From IMG/VR virus record IMGVR_UViG_3300030380_003294: a stretch of DNA of 64,000 nt. The stretch is one strand, 5' to 3'. The number at the start of each line of letters is the position of its first letter. The stretch's first letter is position 1. This document shows, in pieces, positions 9,615 to 18,392 of the stretch. The notes below the pieces were generated by a model. The model worked only from the letters and a program-made list of their open reading frames with translations, was not told the DNA's origin and searched no databases. The stretch is from a virus. Both the position numbers and the translations under genes were made by a program.

Positions 9615-9769
9615 TGGCATAAGTCCTCGAATCTTTCTCTTGCAATATACTCGCAATGCTCCTGCAATGCTTCCTCGGTTAGTGTATCAGCAATGCCTGA
9701 TTTCTTCATTGCTTCATACTCTTCATCAAAAAGAGTTTCTAACATATCTGCGTGATGTAAAACTGACAT
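9611..9769 (-). CDS. Early acidic hypothetical protein (52 aa)
   Basis: Manual translation MSVLHHADMLETLFDEEYE...ARERFEDLCQ. Confidence 0.6.
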   Translation of the reverse strand: MSVLHHADMLETLFDEEYEAMKKSGIADTLTEEALQEHCEYIARERFEDLCQ

Positions 9770-9988
9770 TTAAGCAACCTCCCTTATGTAACCGTTTTCT
9801 GCTTTGATGAATGCATCTAACTTAGCAACATCTAGATCAGCATCATCAAATTCAATTTTAGCACATCCTGTAACACCCCACTCTTCCAACTCTTGAGTAA
9901 ATTCTGCCCAGTTAGAGCAACAACATGCCATGTTTTGAAAGTTGTCAACTTGAACGATTCTGTTCATGATTGTTTGAGTTTTGTTCAT
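9770..9988 (-). CDS. Early hypothetical protein
   Basis: 72-aa ORF, first gene after promoter copy 3. Confidence 0.65.
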   Translation of the reverse strand: MNKTQTIMNRIVQVDNFQNMACCCSNWAEFTQELEEWGVTGCAKIEFDDADLDVAKLDAFIKAENGYIREVA

Positions 9989-10012
9989 AGTATCTTTGTT
10001 TGTTATGTACTT

Positions 10013-10071
10013 ATTATAAACAATAATGAGATCAAAAGAAACCCACCTTGTGCCACTTTGTTATGTGTCAT
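10013..10071 (-). promoter_or_regulatory. Early promoter with 22-bp palindrome (copy 3)
   Basis: GTGCCAC-N8-GTGTCAT at 10050-10071; TATAAT at 10013-10018. Confidence 0.75.
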
Positions 10072-10641
10072 AGTCCTCCAGTTTTTTGAATAGGTTTGCA
10101 TTAATGTGAATTATCTCTGCTTTGAGATCATCATTCTCAGAATAATGAAAGTTTAAGCATTCTTTGAGATATTCAACTTCTTCCTTACTAAACATTAGCA
10201 CCCTCCAGTTTATCGAATGAATGATAGAATAAGAGATCCAAAATTCTCTCGCTTAATACTTCTTCTTTATCAGTCATATAAAGACGGTAGTTTTTAAATG
10301 CTGAATAGAGTAGTTCATACTCTTCTCTTGTTAAATCTCTCATTTTTTATCATTATTAAGTGGACTTGCGAAGTAATCCCTATTGGCAACAAATAAAACT
10401 AGCAATGCTGTGAAGATGCCAAAGAATCCAATTATCAATATTGGGGACTGGGGAAAATCGTAGGTTGGAATTGTCATTGTTTAATCCTCGTAGTATGGTG
10501 CAAAAAGTTGATAGTAAAAATCATCAAAGATTTGAAACTGGTAAGCGGTATCTGCTAGAGTTTCATCCTGATCCCATCCTTTACCAACTGTATTAGTGGG
10601 ATGATTGTAACAGTCTAAAACTGCCTGATAAGTATCGTATT

Positions 10642-10854
10642 TCATTTCTTTAAAATTCCTTTAGTTGAAGTTGACAAGTAAGTAGACTTTGCTGACATTA
10701 CATTGTCTACCATGTTATCGAAAGTCTGGACATCCCAGTCTTTCATTTCTGCGATGTCTAGATCATATGCTGACATCACGAGGTCAACGAGCATATCGTA
10801 TTGACCAGAAGTAATCTCGATGTTGAGACCTTTAGTGGAAGTTGTTTTGTTCAT
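10642..10854 (-). CDS. Early hypothetical protein (MNKTTSTK...)
   Basis: ATG lies 7 nt after the -10 box, so the mRNA is probably leaderless. Confidence 0.65.
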   Translation of the reverse strand: MNKTTSTKGLNIEITSGQYDMLVDLVMSAYDLDIAEMKDWDVQTFDNMVDNVMSAKSTYLSTSTKGILKK

Positions 10855-10860
10855 GTCTTT

Positions 10861-10918
10861 ATTATAACCACTCATGACCCCATTGCGAGGATCATTGTGC
10901 CACTTTATCATCTGGCAC
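10861..10918 (-). promoter_or_regulatory. Early promoter with 22-bp palindrome (copy 4)
   Basis: GTGCCAC-N8-CTGGCAC at 10897-10918; TATAAT at 10861-10866. Confidence 0.8.
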
Positions 10919-11201
10919 AAGGGTTTGGATTTCCGTTGTGATCTTTTGGTAGTCTTAAATCGTTCTCATCAGTATAGTATGAGTCTACTGCATTCTTCAC
11001 TTCTTTATAAACACCTAAAATGGCATCTTTACCAAAATAGTCATGTTCGATTGTATCATGACCAGTACAAGAAGATCCCCAACTTGTTACATCGCTATCG
11101 ATGCGAGCATATAATCCTCTGGTTATATGGTTAAGTAATCCTAGTTCTCTTTTAGATAATCGGATTACTACTTCTTTTGAATTGTCGTAGTTCATGAGCA
11201 T
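10908..11201 (-). CDS. Early hypothetical protein
   Basis: ORF overlapping the upstream gene; start uncertain. Confidence 0.55.
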   Translation of the reverse strand: MLMNYDNSKEVVIRLSKRELGLLNHITRGLYARIDSDVTSWGSSCTGHDTIEHDYFGKDAILGVYKEVKNAVDSYYTDENDLRLPKDHNGNPNPCAR

Positions 11202-11470
11202 TGTAAAGTGTAAAGTTTTCTCTCTTCTGTTGTTAGACAACATTCGCAAATTCGATGTGCGAAATCGTAGAACATAACAGGGGCATCATCATCCCATCCG
11301 TAAACATCGTTTGGTGTAATGTCTTCATCAAGTGGAATCTTTGTATCACATCTGTCACACTCTAGTGAAGCACATTCAGCACACATATAACCATCATCGG
11401 ACGGTATTCTGTTTACATACCATCCAGATCCAAAATCTACGGATCTACCACATTCTGTGCAACATGTCAT
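11192..11470 (-). CDS. Early Cys-rich, putative zinc-binding protein
   Basis: Four CxxC motifs in 92 aa. Confidence 0.65.
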   Translation of the reverse strand: MTCCTECGRSVDFGSGWYVNRIPSDDGYMCAECASLECDRCDTKIPLDEDITPNDVYGWDDDAPVMFYDFAHRICECCLTTEERKLYTLQCS

Positions 11471-11685
11471 TTTTGATCTCCATAATAGTTTACTGCATCG
11501 GACACAACTAAGTGCCTATGAATGTAGAGTAACTTATCAAGTTCGATACCCTCTAAGTCAGTCCACTCACTCACATAATCGGTTTGATCTTCCATGAGAG
11601 TGCCATCCTTTAACCAAGGACATGAGCATAAGTTATGCTCTTCATCTAACCAAAATGCTCTACCAAAGTGAAGTGAATGTATCAT
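11467..11685 (-). CDS. Early hypothetical protein
   Basis: 72-aa ORF with ATGA overlaps. Confidence 0.65.
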   Translation of the reverse strand: MIHSLHFGRAFWLDEEHNLCSCPWLKDGTLMEDQTDYVSEWTDLEGIELDKLLYIHRHLVVSDAVNYYGDQK

Positions 11686-11945
11686 CTGAAATTCAACTCC
11701 CTGACTGGGTTTTGAGCATCTTCGATTGCTCTTGTTTCGATGATGATGTCTCTGACTCTTTCTCTATCGAGACTATCGCCCTCGCCCCAGTTGATTGTAT
11801 CAGTTGATGCACATAGATCAAGATACTTAAGGATTGCGATTGCGATCTCTCCAGTTGTTAGTCCATCGATAGGATAGAGAACATCGGGATGACTAGGTAA
11901 GTAGAATGATTCAACATACTCTAGAAATTCTTGAAAGTTGTGCAT
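11682..11945 (-). CDS. Early hypothetical protein
   Basis: 87 aa; F.EYV.SFY and GDSLDRERVRDI motifs of a cyanophage early family. Confidence 0.7.
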   Translation of the reverse strand: MHNFQEFLEYVESFYLPSHPDVLYPIDGLTTGEIAIAILKYLDLCASTDTINWGEGDSLDRERVRDIIIETRAIEDAQNPVRELNFR

Positions 11946-11965
11946 GTGTCCTTTGCTTAACTATT

Positions 11966-12026
11966 ATTATAATAGAGGATATTCACAACGAATGGGGAAA
12001 CTATGTGCCACTAATCGAACTGGCAC
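11966..12026 (-). promoter_or_regulatory. Early promoter with 22-bp palindrome (copy 5)
   Basis: GTGCCAC-N8-CTGGCAC at 12005-12026; TATTATAAT -10 region at 11966-11974. Confidence 0.8.
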
Positions 12027-12027
12027 A

Positions 12028-12261
12028 CTACCACATTTCTTCTGGTTGTTTTGCTCTATTATCCATCATTAGTTGATATTCTTCTTCTGTTCTTACTCTG
12101 AGTCTATCTTGTGTCTCTTGTAACTGTTGTAATGTGTTCTCTATCTCTGGAAATTCGAGATCACATCCTGCTTCATTGATCTCTGAGATCTTCCACTCAA
12201 GATAGTAAATCACATCACTTAGTTGATCGTAACTAAGGGGAACATTGATTGTTTTGGTCAT
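12028..12261 (-). CDS. Early hypothetical protein
   Basis: 77-aa ORF. Confidence 0.6.
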   Translation of the reverse strand: MTKTINVPLSYDQLSDVIYYLEWKISEINEAGCDLEFPEIENTLQQLQETQDRLRVRTEEEYQLMMDNRAKQPEEMW

Positions 12262-12503
12262 GCTAGTCTCCTGTCAAGTAAGTAAGAAATAAAGTTGTTG
12301 TGGTCTGCCCAGTCCTGATCGTAAAAGTCTTCGATGACTTGTTCAATTACTTCCTGTTTAGTTTGCTCACTCGCAAACTCATATCCATAGGATTGTATGA
12401 CATGCTCAATATCTGCTCTCACGTCAACATACTCAAGTCTAAACTTAAGGATGTCTGGGCAAGATTCGATCCATGCCTGAAAATCTTTGTCTGCTTGATT
12501 CAT
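12258..12503 (-). CDS. Early hypothetical protein
   Basis: 81-aa ORF with ATGA overlaps. Confidence 0.6.
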   Translation of the reverse strand: MNQADKDFQAWIESCPDILKFRLEYVDVRADIEHVIQSYGYEFASEQTKQEVIEQVIEDFYDQDWADHNNFISYLLDRRLA

Positions 12504-12721
12504 TCTTTGATCTCCTCGATAATTTCATCAAAATACTCATCCCAGTACGAGTATGCTTCATCAATAAATTCTGCTTCATTTAACTCGTTGACATAGTTGT
12601 ATAGATCATCAGTCACATATTGAATAAGTGACTTCATGTCCATACCATCTACCATTCTCTCAACATACAAATCTTTGAGATTGTCAAGTTGGTTGTCTGT
12701 TAGATCTCCTGTTTTAAGCAT
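12500..12721 (-). CDS. Early acidic hypothetical protein
   Basis: YVERMVDGMDMKSL motif; start reassigned to MLKTGDL. Confidence 0.65.
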   Translation of the reverse strand: MLKTGDLTDNQLDNLKDLYVERMVDGMDMKSLIQYVTDDLYNYVNELNEAEFIDEAYSYWDEYFDEIIEEIKE

Positions 12722-12920
12722 TGTCTTCTCCGATTGTAAAGTTTTTAAGGAAAATGAATTTGTAATCGCCATCTTGCGGATCTTTGCCATCTACCAACCA
12801 CTCTTCACATATAGCAAGAGCATCAAGTTGTTTCTCACTCTTGATAAGATTCTTCATCTGGTCAAAGAGTGAATCTGCCATGTTGTCGATGGCATATTCT
12901 CTTTCGAGTTGTAGATCCAT
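12714..12920 (-). CDS. Early hypothetical protein
   Basis: 68-aa ORF after promoter copy 6. Confidence 0.65.
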   Translation of the reverse strand: MDLQLEREYAIDNMADSLFDQMKNLIKSEKQLDALAICEEWLVDGKDPQDGDYKFIFLKNFTIGEDNA

Positions 12921-12942
12921 GTGTGTCCTGTTGAACTATACT

Positions 12943-13003
12943 ATTATAATGCCATAAAAAACCCCCTGATGGGGGGTTTAGTGGTCACTTTGTGAACTGT
13001 CAC
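12943..13003 (-). promoter_or_regulatory. Early promoter with palindrome (copy 6) and embedded terminator hairpin
   Basis: TGGTCAC-N8-CTGTCAC at 12982-13003; G/C-run hairpin with T-tract at about 12956-12979; TATAAT at 12943-12948. Confidence 0.75.
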
Positions 13004-13004
13004 A

Positions 13005-13223
13005 TCACTTGCCAATACCCATAGGATCATCTGCTTGACTTTCTAGATCAGAAATGGTAGTTTCATCGTAGATCTTTTTTTGATACTCTGAAACAGACAG
13101 AAATTCATCGCTATCAATTTGATAGGATAAACCAGTATTAGCATCAAAGTAAAATCCATCCTCTGAACTATACCAGAAGTCATCCCAGTCCTTTTTTGAG
13201 TTGGTTACATCTTTAGTTGTCAT
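13005..13223 (-). CDS. Early acidic hypothetical protein
   Basis: Start reassigned to MTTKDV. Confidence 0.55.
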   Translation of the reverse strand: MTTKDVTNSKKDWDDFWYSSEDGFYFDANTGLSYQIDSDEFLSVSEYQKKIYDETTISDLESQADDPMGIGK

Positions 13224-13371
13224 CGTAGTAAACCCTAACTGAAAGTTCTGCATTGTCTGGTAGTTCTCCATACTGTTTTTCAAATGCTTCCCATAGTTGT
13301 TTTACTATTGGATTGTAAAGATCATCAGGTAGATCTACCAAGTTGTAATATTTATCAGTCATTTTAGTCTC

Positions 13372-13605
13372 CTATAGAAATGATGTTAGAGCGTGGGGTG
13401 CATTTGGTTGGTAGTCAATCGATCTAATACACCAACCAGTTGTATCTGAGATTTTATCAACTAAGTCATCCTCTGACTCAACTTCCCAAAGACCAAGTGC
13501 ATTGTTTGTGTTGAAGTCTTTTTCTTCCTGAGATAATTGCCACTCAGGGTTTCCATCCCCAAATTCATCAAAGTCAAACTCAATGTCTGTTACTAAAAGT
13601 TTCAT
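13372..13605 (-). CDS. Early hypothetical protein
   Basis: VTDIEFDFD...EDDLVDKISDTTGWCIRSIDY motif of a cyanophage early family. Confidence 0.7.
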   Translation of the reverse strand: MKLLVTDIEFDFDEFGDGNPEWQLSQEEKDFNTNNALGLWEVESEDDLVDKISDTTGWCIRSIDYQPNAPHALTSFL

Positions 13606-13781
13606 TTTGAATCTCCTAATGCTATTTTGTCCATTGCTTTAACTGCATCAAACAAATCATAGTGTGCATTATCCAATTCATATTCTCCTGCAAGTGCTTC
13701 AGACTTATAGATGTCTGGTAGATCTTTGACTGCATCATACAGTTCATTGAATTGATCTTTTGTCAATGTGAGTGTGACCAT
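13602..13781 (-). CDS. Early hypothetical protein (59 aa)
   Basis: Manual translation MVTLTLTKDQFNELYDAVKDLP...; ATGA overlap with the downstream gene. Confidence 0.6.
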   Translation of the reverse strand: MVTLTLTKDQFNELYDAVKDLPDIYKSEALAGEYELDNAHYDLFDAVKAMDKIALGDSK

Positions 13782-13881
13782 AGTGACCTTAAATTAGATG
13801 GGTCGAAACAAAACTCACTGATTCTCATATCTTAGTAGGATAACCCCACAAATGAGTTCGGTGGTTTGTTTCGACATTATT

Positions 13882-13939
13882 AATATAACATGCTGAGACC
13901 CTGCTGTGTGCCTCTGTGTGCCACTTTAAGTAGTGGCAC
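13882..13939 (-). promoter_or_regulatory. Early promoter with perfect 22-bp palindrome (copy 7)
   Basis: GTGCCAC-N8-GTGGCAC at 13918-13939; TATATT -10 at 13882-13887. Confidence 0.75.
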
Positions 13940-13940
13940 A

Positions 13941-15173
13941 TTAGGAAACATAGGATACTGGCGGAATGCCCTCAACAAAGATATAATCAATGACATTCTG
14001 TAGTCTCTTTGCAATGCGATCTCCATACTTGTAACCAGTAGGTACGATTGCCTGACCAAACTGTTTTTTATACAAGTTGAATGCACCAACTGGAATGAGT
14101 CCCTGCTCAACTGCTTTACGATCATCTTTGTGAATACGAATGACCCTACCAATAGTTTGTGCCATTTCAATAATAGGCAAGTTCCTCAACAAAACAGTAT
14201 GAGTGAGACCAGTAACATTGATACCTTCAGACAGTATGCTGTAGTGAAAAACAACGAACCTCCTACTGTTATCGTTGCCCCACTCAGTAAGAGTATTGAA
14301 AAACTCTTCACGTCCAACTTTCTTGCCATTGATGATAGCACCAAACTTTGATGTGATATGCATAACGTCATATCCATTCTCTTTGAGATAGTGTAGAATG
14401 TCAGTCCTACCCAACATGAAACCTAGGATCTTTGAACTAGGGGCAGCAACCAAAACTTTTGCTACTTCATTACTATCGAATGAATCTAGAATGTCTTTTA
14501 GGTTGGCAGCATCTACCTCAAAGTTGTTGTGCTTATCCCTGACTCGATCAGTCTCGAAAGGCACAACTTTAGGTGGTAGAATAGCACCTGCTTCGATCAA
14601 TTCCTGTGCGGGTACTGACTCTAGAGTCTGACCCCACACTTGTGAGTTGTTCATGCCACGATTCTTTGATGCACCACGTCCAAACTTAGGTGTTGCTGTG
14701 AATGCAAACCTGCGACTAGCATTGTATGTCATGCCCATCACACCTTCAAAGAATCTTTTGCCTGTTCCATTGTGTGCTTCATCGTAGTAAATGGTATCAA
14801 CATTGATGTCAGCATCTACCACACGATGCAATGAGTGATAAGTTGTAAAAATGATCTTATGCTTAGTATGTGTGCTTACAAATAGTTTCACATCCTCTGC
14901 TTTTGTGCTAGAGAAATAGTGTGTCTCTCCTGAGTGAACATGCATAATATCTGCATCGAGACTGAACTCTGTAAACTCTGCACACAACTGATTTGCCAAC
15001 AGAATACGAGGTGCAACTACAACTGTAGTTGAATCATATCTCTGCTTCATTTGCTCCAACAAATCAGCGATCATGATATAAGTCTTACCACCACCAGTAG
15101 GCACGATGATCTGACCCATGTTGTATTCCTGCATGCGATCAAATGCACGTTGCTGATGTGGTCTCAAGTTCAT
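13941..15173 (-). CDS. Superfamily 2 (DEAH/ResIII-like) helicase
   Basis: LRPHQ Q-motif, PTGGGKT Walker A, DEAH, TAT, LSEGINV and QTIGRVIR motifs. Confidence 0.9.
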   Translation of the reverse strand: MNLRPHQQRAFDRMQEYNMGQIIVPTGGGKTYIMIADLLEQMKQRYDSTTVVVAPRILLANQLCAEFTEFSLDADIMHVHSGETHYFSSTKAEDVKLFVSTHTKHKIIFTTYHSLHRVVDADINVDTIYYDEAHNGTGKRFFEGVMGMTYNASRRFAFTATPKFGRGASKNRGMNNSQVWGQTLESVPAQELIEAGAILPPKVVPFETDRVRDKHNNFEVDAANLKDILDSFDSNEVAKVLVAAPSSKILGFMLGRTDILHYLKENGYDVMHITSKFGAIINGKKVGREEFFNTLTEWGNDNSRRFVVFHYSILSEGINVTGLTHTVLLRNLPIIEMAQTIGRVIRIHKDDRKAVEQGLIPVGAFNLYKKQFGQAIVPTGYKYGDRIAKRLQNVIDYIFVEGIPPVSYVS

Positions 15174-15195
15174 AAATCAATCTTTCAATAATATA

Positions 15196-15253
15196 ATAAT
15201 ACAAGAAAAAACCCCTTGTGTCAAGGGGTTTAGTCCAGTTTGGCAACTGTCAC
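15196..15253 (-). promoter_or_regulatory. Early promoter with palindrome (copy 8) and embedded terminator hairpin
   Basis: AGTCCAG-N8-CTGTCAC at 15232-15253; AAACCCCTTG-ACA-CAAGGGGTTT hairpin that contains TTGACA; TATTAT -10. Confidence 0.75.
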
Positions 15254-15465
15254 AAGGGTGTCACTTCATGACGTTTACACTCTACGTTCAACTTAATGGA
15301 TCGATCAGCAACATAATTGTCTACCCATTTAACCATACGATCATTTTGTGCAACCTTACCTTTATGTGTTGTTGGTTTAGTTGGCATTGTCCTAGTGAAC
15401 TGTTCGATAGTTCCATCGTTGTATTCAATTTTGATGTTGTACGTTTGAGTTGTCGTTTGCATCAA
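15250..15465 (-). CDS. Early hypothetical protein
   Basis: 71-aa ORF. Confidence 0.6.
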   Translation of the reverse strand: MMQTTTQTYNIKIEYNDGTIEQFTRTMPTKPTTHKGKVAQNDRMVKWVDNYVADRSIKLNVECKRHEVTPL

Positions 15466-15623
15466 ACCTCTTGTCCTTTTTTGTTGAATGTAATGTTGAG
15501 ATCAGGGATGAATAGCACACCATCATCTTTTAACAATGATAGCATACGGAAGAACCAAATGTCGTTATACTGTTGCTCGTATGGATCGAGATCAGGATAA
15601 TACTTTTGAGAGAATGCGATCAT
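15462..15623 (-). CDS. Early hypothetical protein (53 aa)
   Basis: Manual translation MIAFSQKYYPDLDPYEQQYNDIWFFRMLSLLKDDGVLFIPDL...; overlaps both neighbours by 4 nt. Confidence 0.6.
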   Translation of the reverse strand: MIAFSQKYYPDLDPYEQQYNDIWFFRMLSLLKDDGVLFIPDLNITFNKKGQEV

Positions 15624-16051
15624 GATACCACCTCTGGAATTGATACAGGAACGATATTAGTACTGACTACGTTATAATTGTCATCATACTTTGTATCAAT
15701 AGCAAATGCTTCCCACTTGCCATTGTAGACATATAAGAACTCTTCTCCTGAGTTTGAGTTCTCTGCATACTCATCAAAGTTTCCATCAAGACGAGGTGCT
15801 TCACTATCTCCACCATAATATTCTGGTTGGGGATCTCTCTTTACAAACTCTTGCTTTTCATTATCATATACATTATCTGACCAACATGAACTCATGTTAC
15901 CACCATCGATTAGATCAACAATATTCTTTTTTGTGTTGTACTGTTCTTTGAGAGTAACACCCAACCACTCAGGATAACCATCCCAATGATGATATACTGA
16001 GAGGATTGAACCATCTGCTAGTTGAAGTCCGATTCTTGCGTTGGTTGACAT
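15620..16051 (-). CDS. Conserved early phage protein
   Basis: MSTNARIG...SVYHHWDGYPEWLG motif family. Confidence 0.75.
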   Translation of the reverse strand: MSTNARIGLQLADGSILSVYHHWDGYPEWLGVTLKEQYNTKKNIVDLIDGGNMSSCWSDNVYDNEKQEFVKRDPQPEYYGGDSEAPRLDGNFDEYAENSNSGEEFLYVYNGKWEAFAIDTKYDDNYNVVSTNIVPVSIPEVVS

Positions 16052-16072
16052 GTGTTTTTCTTAACTATTAAT

Positions 16073-16131
16073 AGTATGGCATAAAAAATGACCCCTGCCT
16101 AGGGGTCATGTGACAGTTTGTAGATTGTCCT
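16073..16131 (-). promoter_or_regulatory. Early promoter with palindrome (copy 9) and embedded terminator hairpin
   Basis: GTGACAG-N8-TTGTCCT at 16110-16131; ATGACCCCT-AGGC-AGGGGTCAT-TTTTT hairpin; CATACT -10. Confidence 0.7.
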
Positions 16132-16392
16132 ACTCAGGAACTAGATACCTACAAATTCTTCGTGCCGATTTGTTGTGTTTTAAGTTCTCAGAATCGACTA
16201 AACAATCGAAATAGTCGTTCCATAACTCTGATTCGTATGTATCGGCATCAAAGTGGTTGTATTCTGGAGTTTGTTTGTGCGTTAAAATGTTATGCATAGG
16301 TTTTCCTCACGATAATATCATAATTATCTCATAATAATGAGAGGGTTTAGTGCATCTTGTTTTCCTCTGTGTGTAGCATATGCTGACTGGTA

Positions 16393-16578
16393 TTATTTAT
16401 GTGTCAATGTCTCAAAATTCACACAATGTACATCATAATTAATGTTCTCATTGAACAGTTCCATCACATGATAAGTTGACTCTTCTCCAACAGTAATGAC
16501 CTCTGTTTTATTCCAAGGTGTGTCTTTGTCATGATAGACAATTCGGTATGCATTTGGGATCATCGATGTACAATCCAA
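16393..16578 (-). CDS. Hypothetical protein
   Basis: 61-aa ORF. Confidence 0.5.
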   Translation of the reverse strand: MDCTSMIPNAYRIVYHDKDTPWNKTEVITVGEESTYHVMELFNENINYDVHCVNFETLTHK

Positions 16579-16748
16579 TTAGGGTCATCAGTTGGGTGTA
16601 CCCACCATCCTTGATTCATATTAGGATGAAAGACATACCACCTCTCAAGGCGTTCACTCACATGAACGAAACCATCTTTCTTTAGATGGTATTGGAACAT
16701 TTCACATGCTTCCCTTGATTCTTTTCTGGGTTCAAGTCTTACTCTCAT
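16560..16748 (-). CDS. Hypothetical protein
   Basis: 62-aa ORF; WWV...DDPNW motif. Confidence 0.6.
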   Translation of the reverse strand: MRVRLEPRKESREACEMFQYHLKKDGFVHVSERLERWYVFHPNMNQGWWVHPTDDPNWIVHR

Positions 16749-16869
16749 GCTTCAATAGAGTGAGTTTACTGCATCATATTCAGATCCGAGTACACTAGAT
16801 ACCCAATCATCCTCGTTTTCTTGAACACAATCAAATGAACTGTTGTATTCAATGTTGACTCGATCCAGT

Positions 16870-17070
16870 TTAAATGTACTGACCGAACCCCTTGCGATCT
16901 TCGATGTTTGCTCTTCGCTCAAGATCTTGCCATTGACGTTTTTTGCGTTTGAGAGTCCTGATTTCGTCATCTGTGTATAAAAATGGGTCTTTGTTTGCCT
17001 CTTTGAGTGCCTTGTTGATGGATTTAATAATCCCAACACTCGTTGTAGGTTTGTTTACAGGAGTAATCAT
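16870..17070 (-). CDS. Basic hypothetical protein
   Basis: LYTDDEIRTLKRK...RKGFG motif of a small cyanophage protein family. Confidence 0.6.
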   Translation of the reverse strand: MITPVNKPTTSVGIIKSINKALKEANKDPFLYTDDEIRTLKRKKRQWQDLERRANIEDRKGFGQYI

Positions 17071-17708
17071 AACATTGAATCTTTTGGTGTGGGGGACTCT
17101 TGTGACGCTTTGTCGTTTGGCATAACGTACAAGTTCCCTGAGAATGTAATACGGGGTGTATCTACGGGGTTAGGTGCAACCATATGAGGGTAATGTGATG
17201 GGAATACAATCAGATCTCCCTTAGATGCTTTAGGGATGACTCTAGTTTGTATTGGCATTTTGAATGCATCACTTAAACCAGACTTCTTATACTTGTCATG
17301 ATCGTTGTATATAAAACGAAACAACGGATCTCCGTCAGGTACATCATATAGGTAACACATGCTCAGGTTACAAAAAGGAACATCATGAGTATGATACTCT
17401 TGATGCATACCTTTATTATATAGATTTGCCCATGCCTCTTGAGGTTTGATCTCTATATCAATTTGAGGTTTAAGTTCATCGATCATCTTGTCTAGGGTTG
17501 ATCGGATACATTCCAACCAATCATTCCAAGGTAGATCAAGATTACCCTGAGATTGAAATGTACTTAGACAATTACAATCCCAAGGGGAATCTACATAGAT
17601 GCTTTCGTCTCTGATCTGCGGTTCAAATAATTGTTCGATCTGTTGTTGGTATTCAACAGGAACTGTCTCAATGTAATACCATTGAGGACAGAACATTTCT
17701 ATAGTCAT
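17067..17708 (-). CDS. 2OG-Fe(II) oxygenase
   Basis: WANLY..G.HQEYHTH, GDLIVFPSHYPHMV.PN and RITFSGN motifs (TIGR02466-like). Confidence 0.85.
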   Translation of the reverse strand: MTIEMFCPQWYYIETVPVEYQQQIEQLFEPQIRDESIYVDSPWDCNCLSTFQSQGNLDLPWNDWLECIRSTLDKMIDELKPQIDIEIKPQEAWANLYNKGMHQEYHTHDVPFCNLSMCYLYDVPDGDPLFRFIYNDHDKYKKSGLSDAFKMPIQTRVIPKASKGDLIVFPSHYPHMVAPNPVDTPRITFSGNLYVMPNDKASQESPTPKDSML

Positions 17709-17905
17709 TGCTTATAAAGATCATTAAGATGAAGTTTATCTACAACAGATTGAACATAGTCCATCTGTCCATGATAAAAGTCTTCAGAGATATTCTTATC
17801 TTTGAAGTATCGTTTCTGTAAGTATGAAACGTATTTAACGAGAGACTCTTTTAACATAGTCTTCTCGTTGATGTCTAGTAATGCAGAATGATAGAGGTAA
17901 CTCAT
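17705..17905 (-). CDS. Hypothetical protein
   Basis: 66-aa ORF with ATGA overlap. Confidence 0.6.
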   Translation of the reverse strand: MSYLYHSALLDINEKTMLKESLVKYVSYLQKRYFKDKNISEDFYHGQMDYVQSVVDKLHLNDLYKQ

Positions 17906-18155
17906 CCCTTTATCCGTAATGATTTAGTGTATTCTAGTACATGATCTCGTATTTCGAGAAGTTCGTCAAGACATGTTTGGTTTCTCGCACAATTCCTTAG
18001 TGCTGAGTCAGGTTTATACAATGACTCTTCAAAAAGAGTCAAACCTCTGTTGTATGCTTCTTCCTGTGGGGATAACATGTTAGTATTGTGTTGTGTAATC
18101 CATTTCGTAGGTTACTTCGGTACTGTCATCAAACTCTACTTCATCATACAAATCA

Positions 18156-18338
18156 TCATCCCCAATCTTCGTCTTGGACGTTGGCATTGAATCTTTGTTT
18201 TCTTTTGTTTGATTTGTAGTTGCCATTTGTATCTTCAAGAAAGTTTGATTTTGAATTCCGAGTCCTTTTATCTCGGATAGATTTACCATAGGAGTAGTTG
18301 CCTCGTTCGCTTCCACCCCTTCTGAACGTCTTACCCAT
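18156..18338 (-). CDS. Small basic hypothetical protein
   Basis: MGKTFRRGG..., Arg/Lys-rich. Confidence 0.55.
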   Translation of the reverse strand: MGKTFRRGGSERGNYSYGKSIRDKRTRNSKSNFLEDTNGNYKSNKRKQRFNANVQDEDWG

Positions 18339-18392
18339 TGAAATTTAGATTTTAGTCTAAAGTAAACTACAGTTTATATATGAGATGTGAGA

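Noticed and set aside
7200-16131. Repeated palindromes as a CRISPR array or integron attC-like sites
   Set aside because: Copies are degenerate, 0.8-2 kb apart and at a fixed distance from -10 boxes; no cas or integrase gene is present. A promoter element explains them better.
7200-16131. Palindrome as a canonical NtcA or CRP box
   Set aside because: Half-sites and spacing differ from GTA-N8-TAC and TGTGA-N6-TCACA.
16300-16392. Possible glutamine riboswitch-like leader before a small ORF at about 16133-16297
   Set aside because: Only a short AT-rich palindrome (tctcataataatgaga) is visible; no recognisable glnA or Downstream-peptide consensus.
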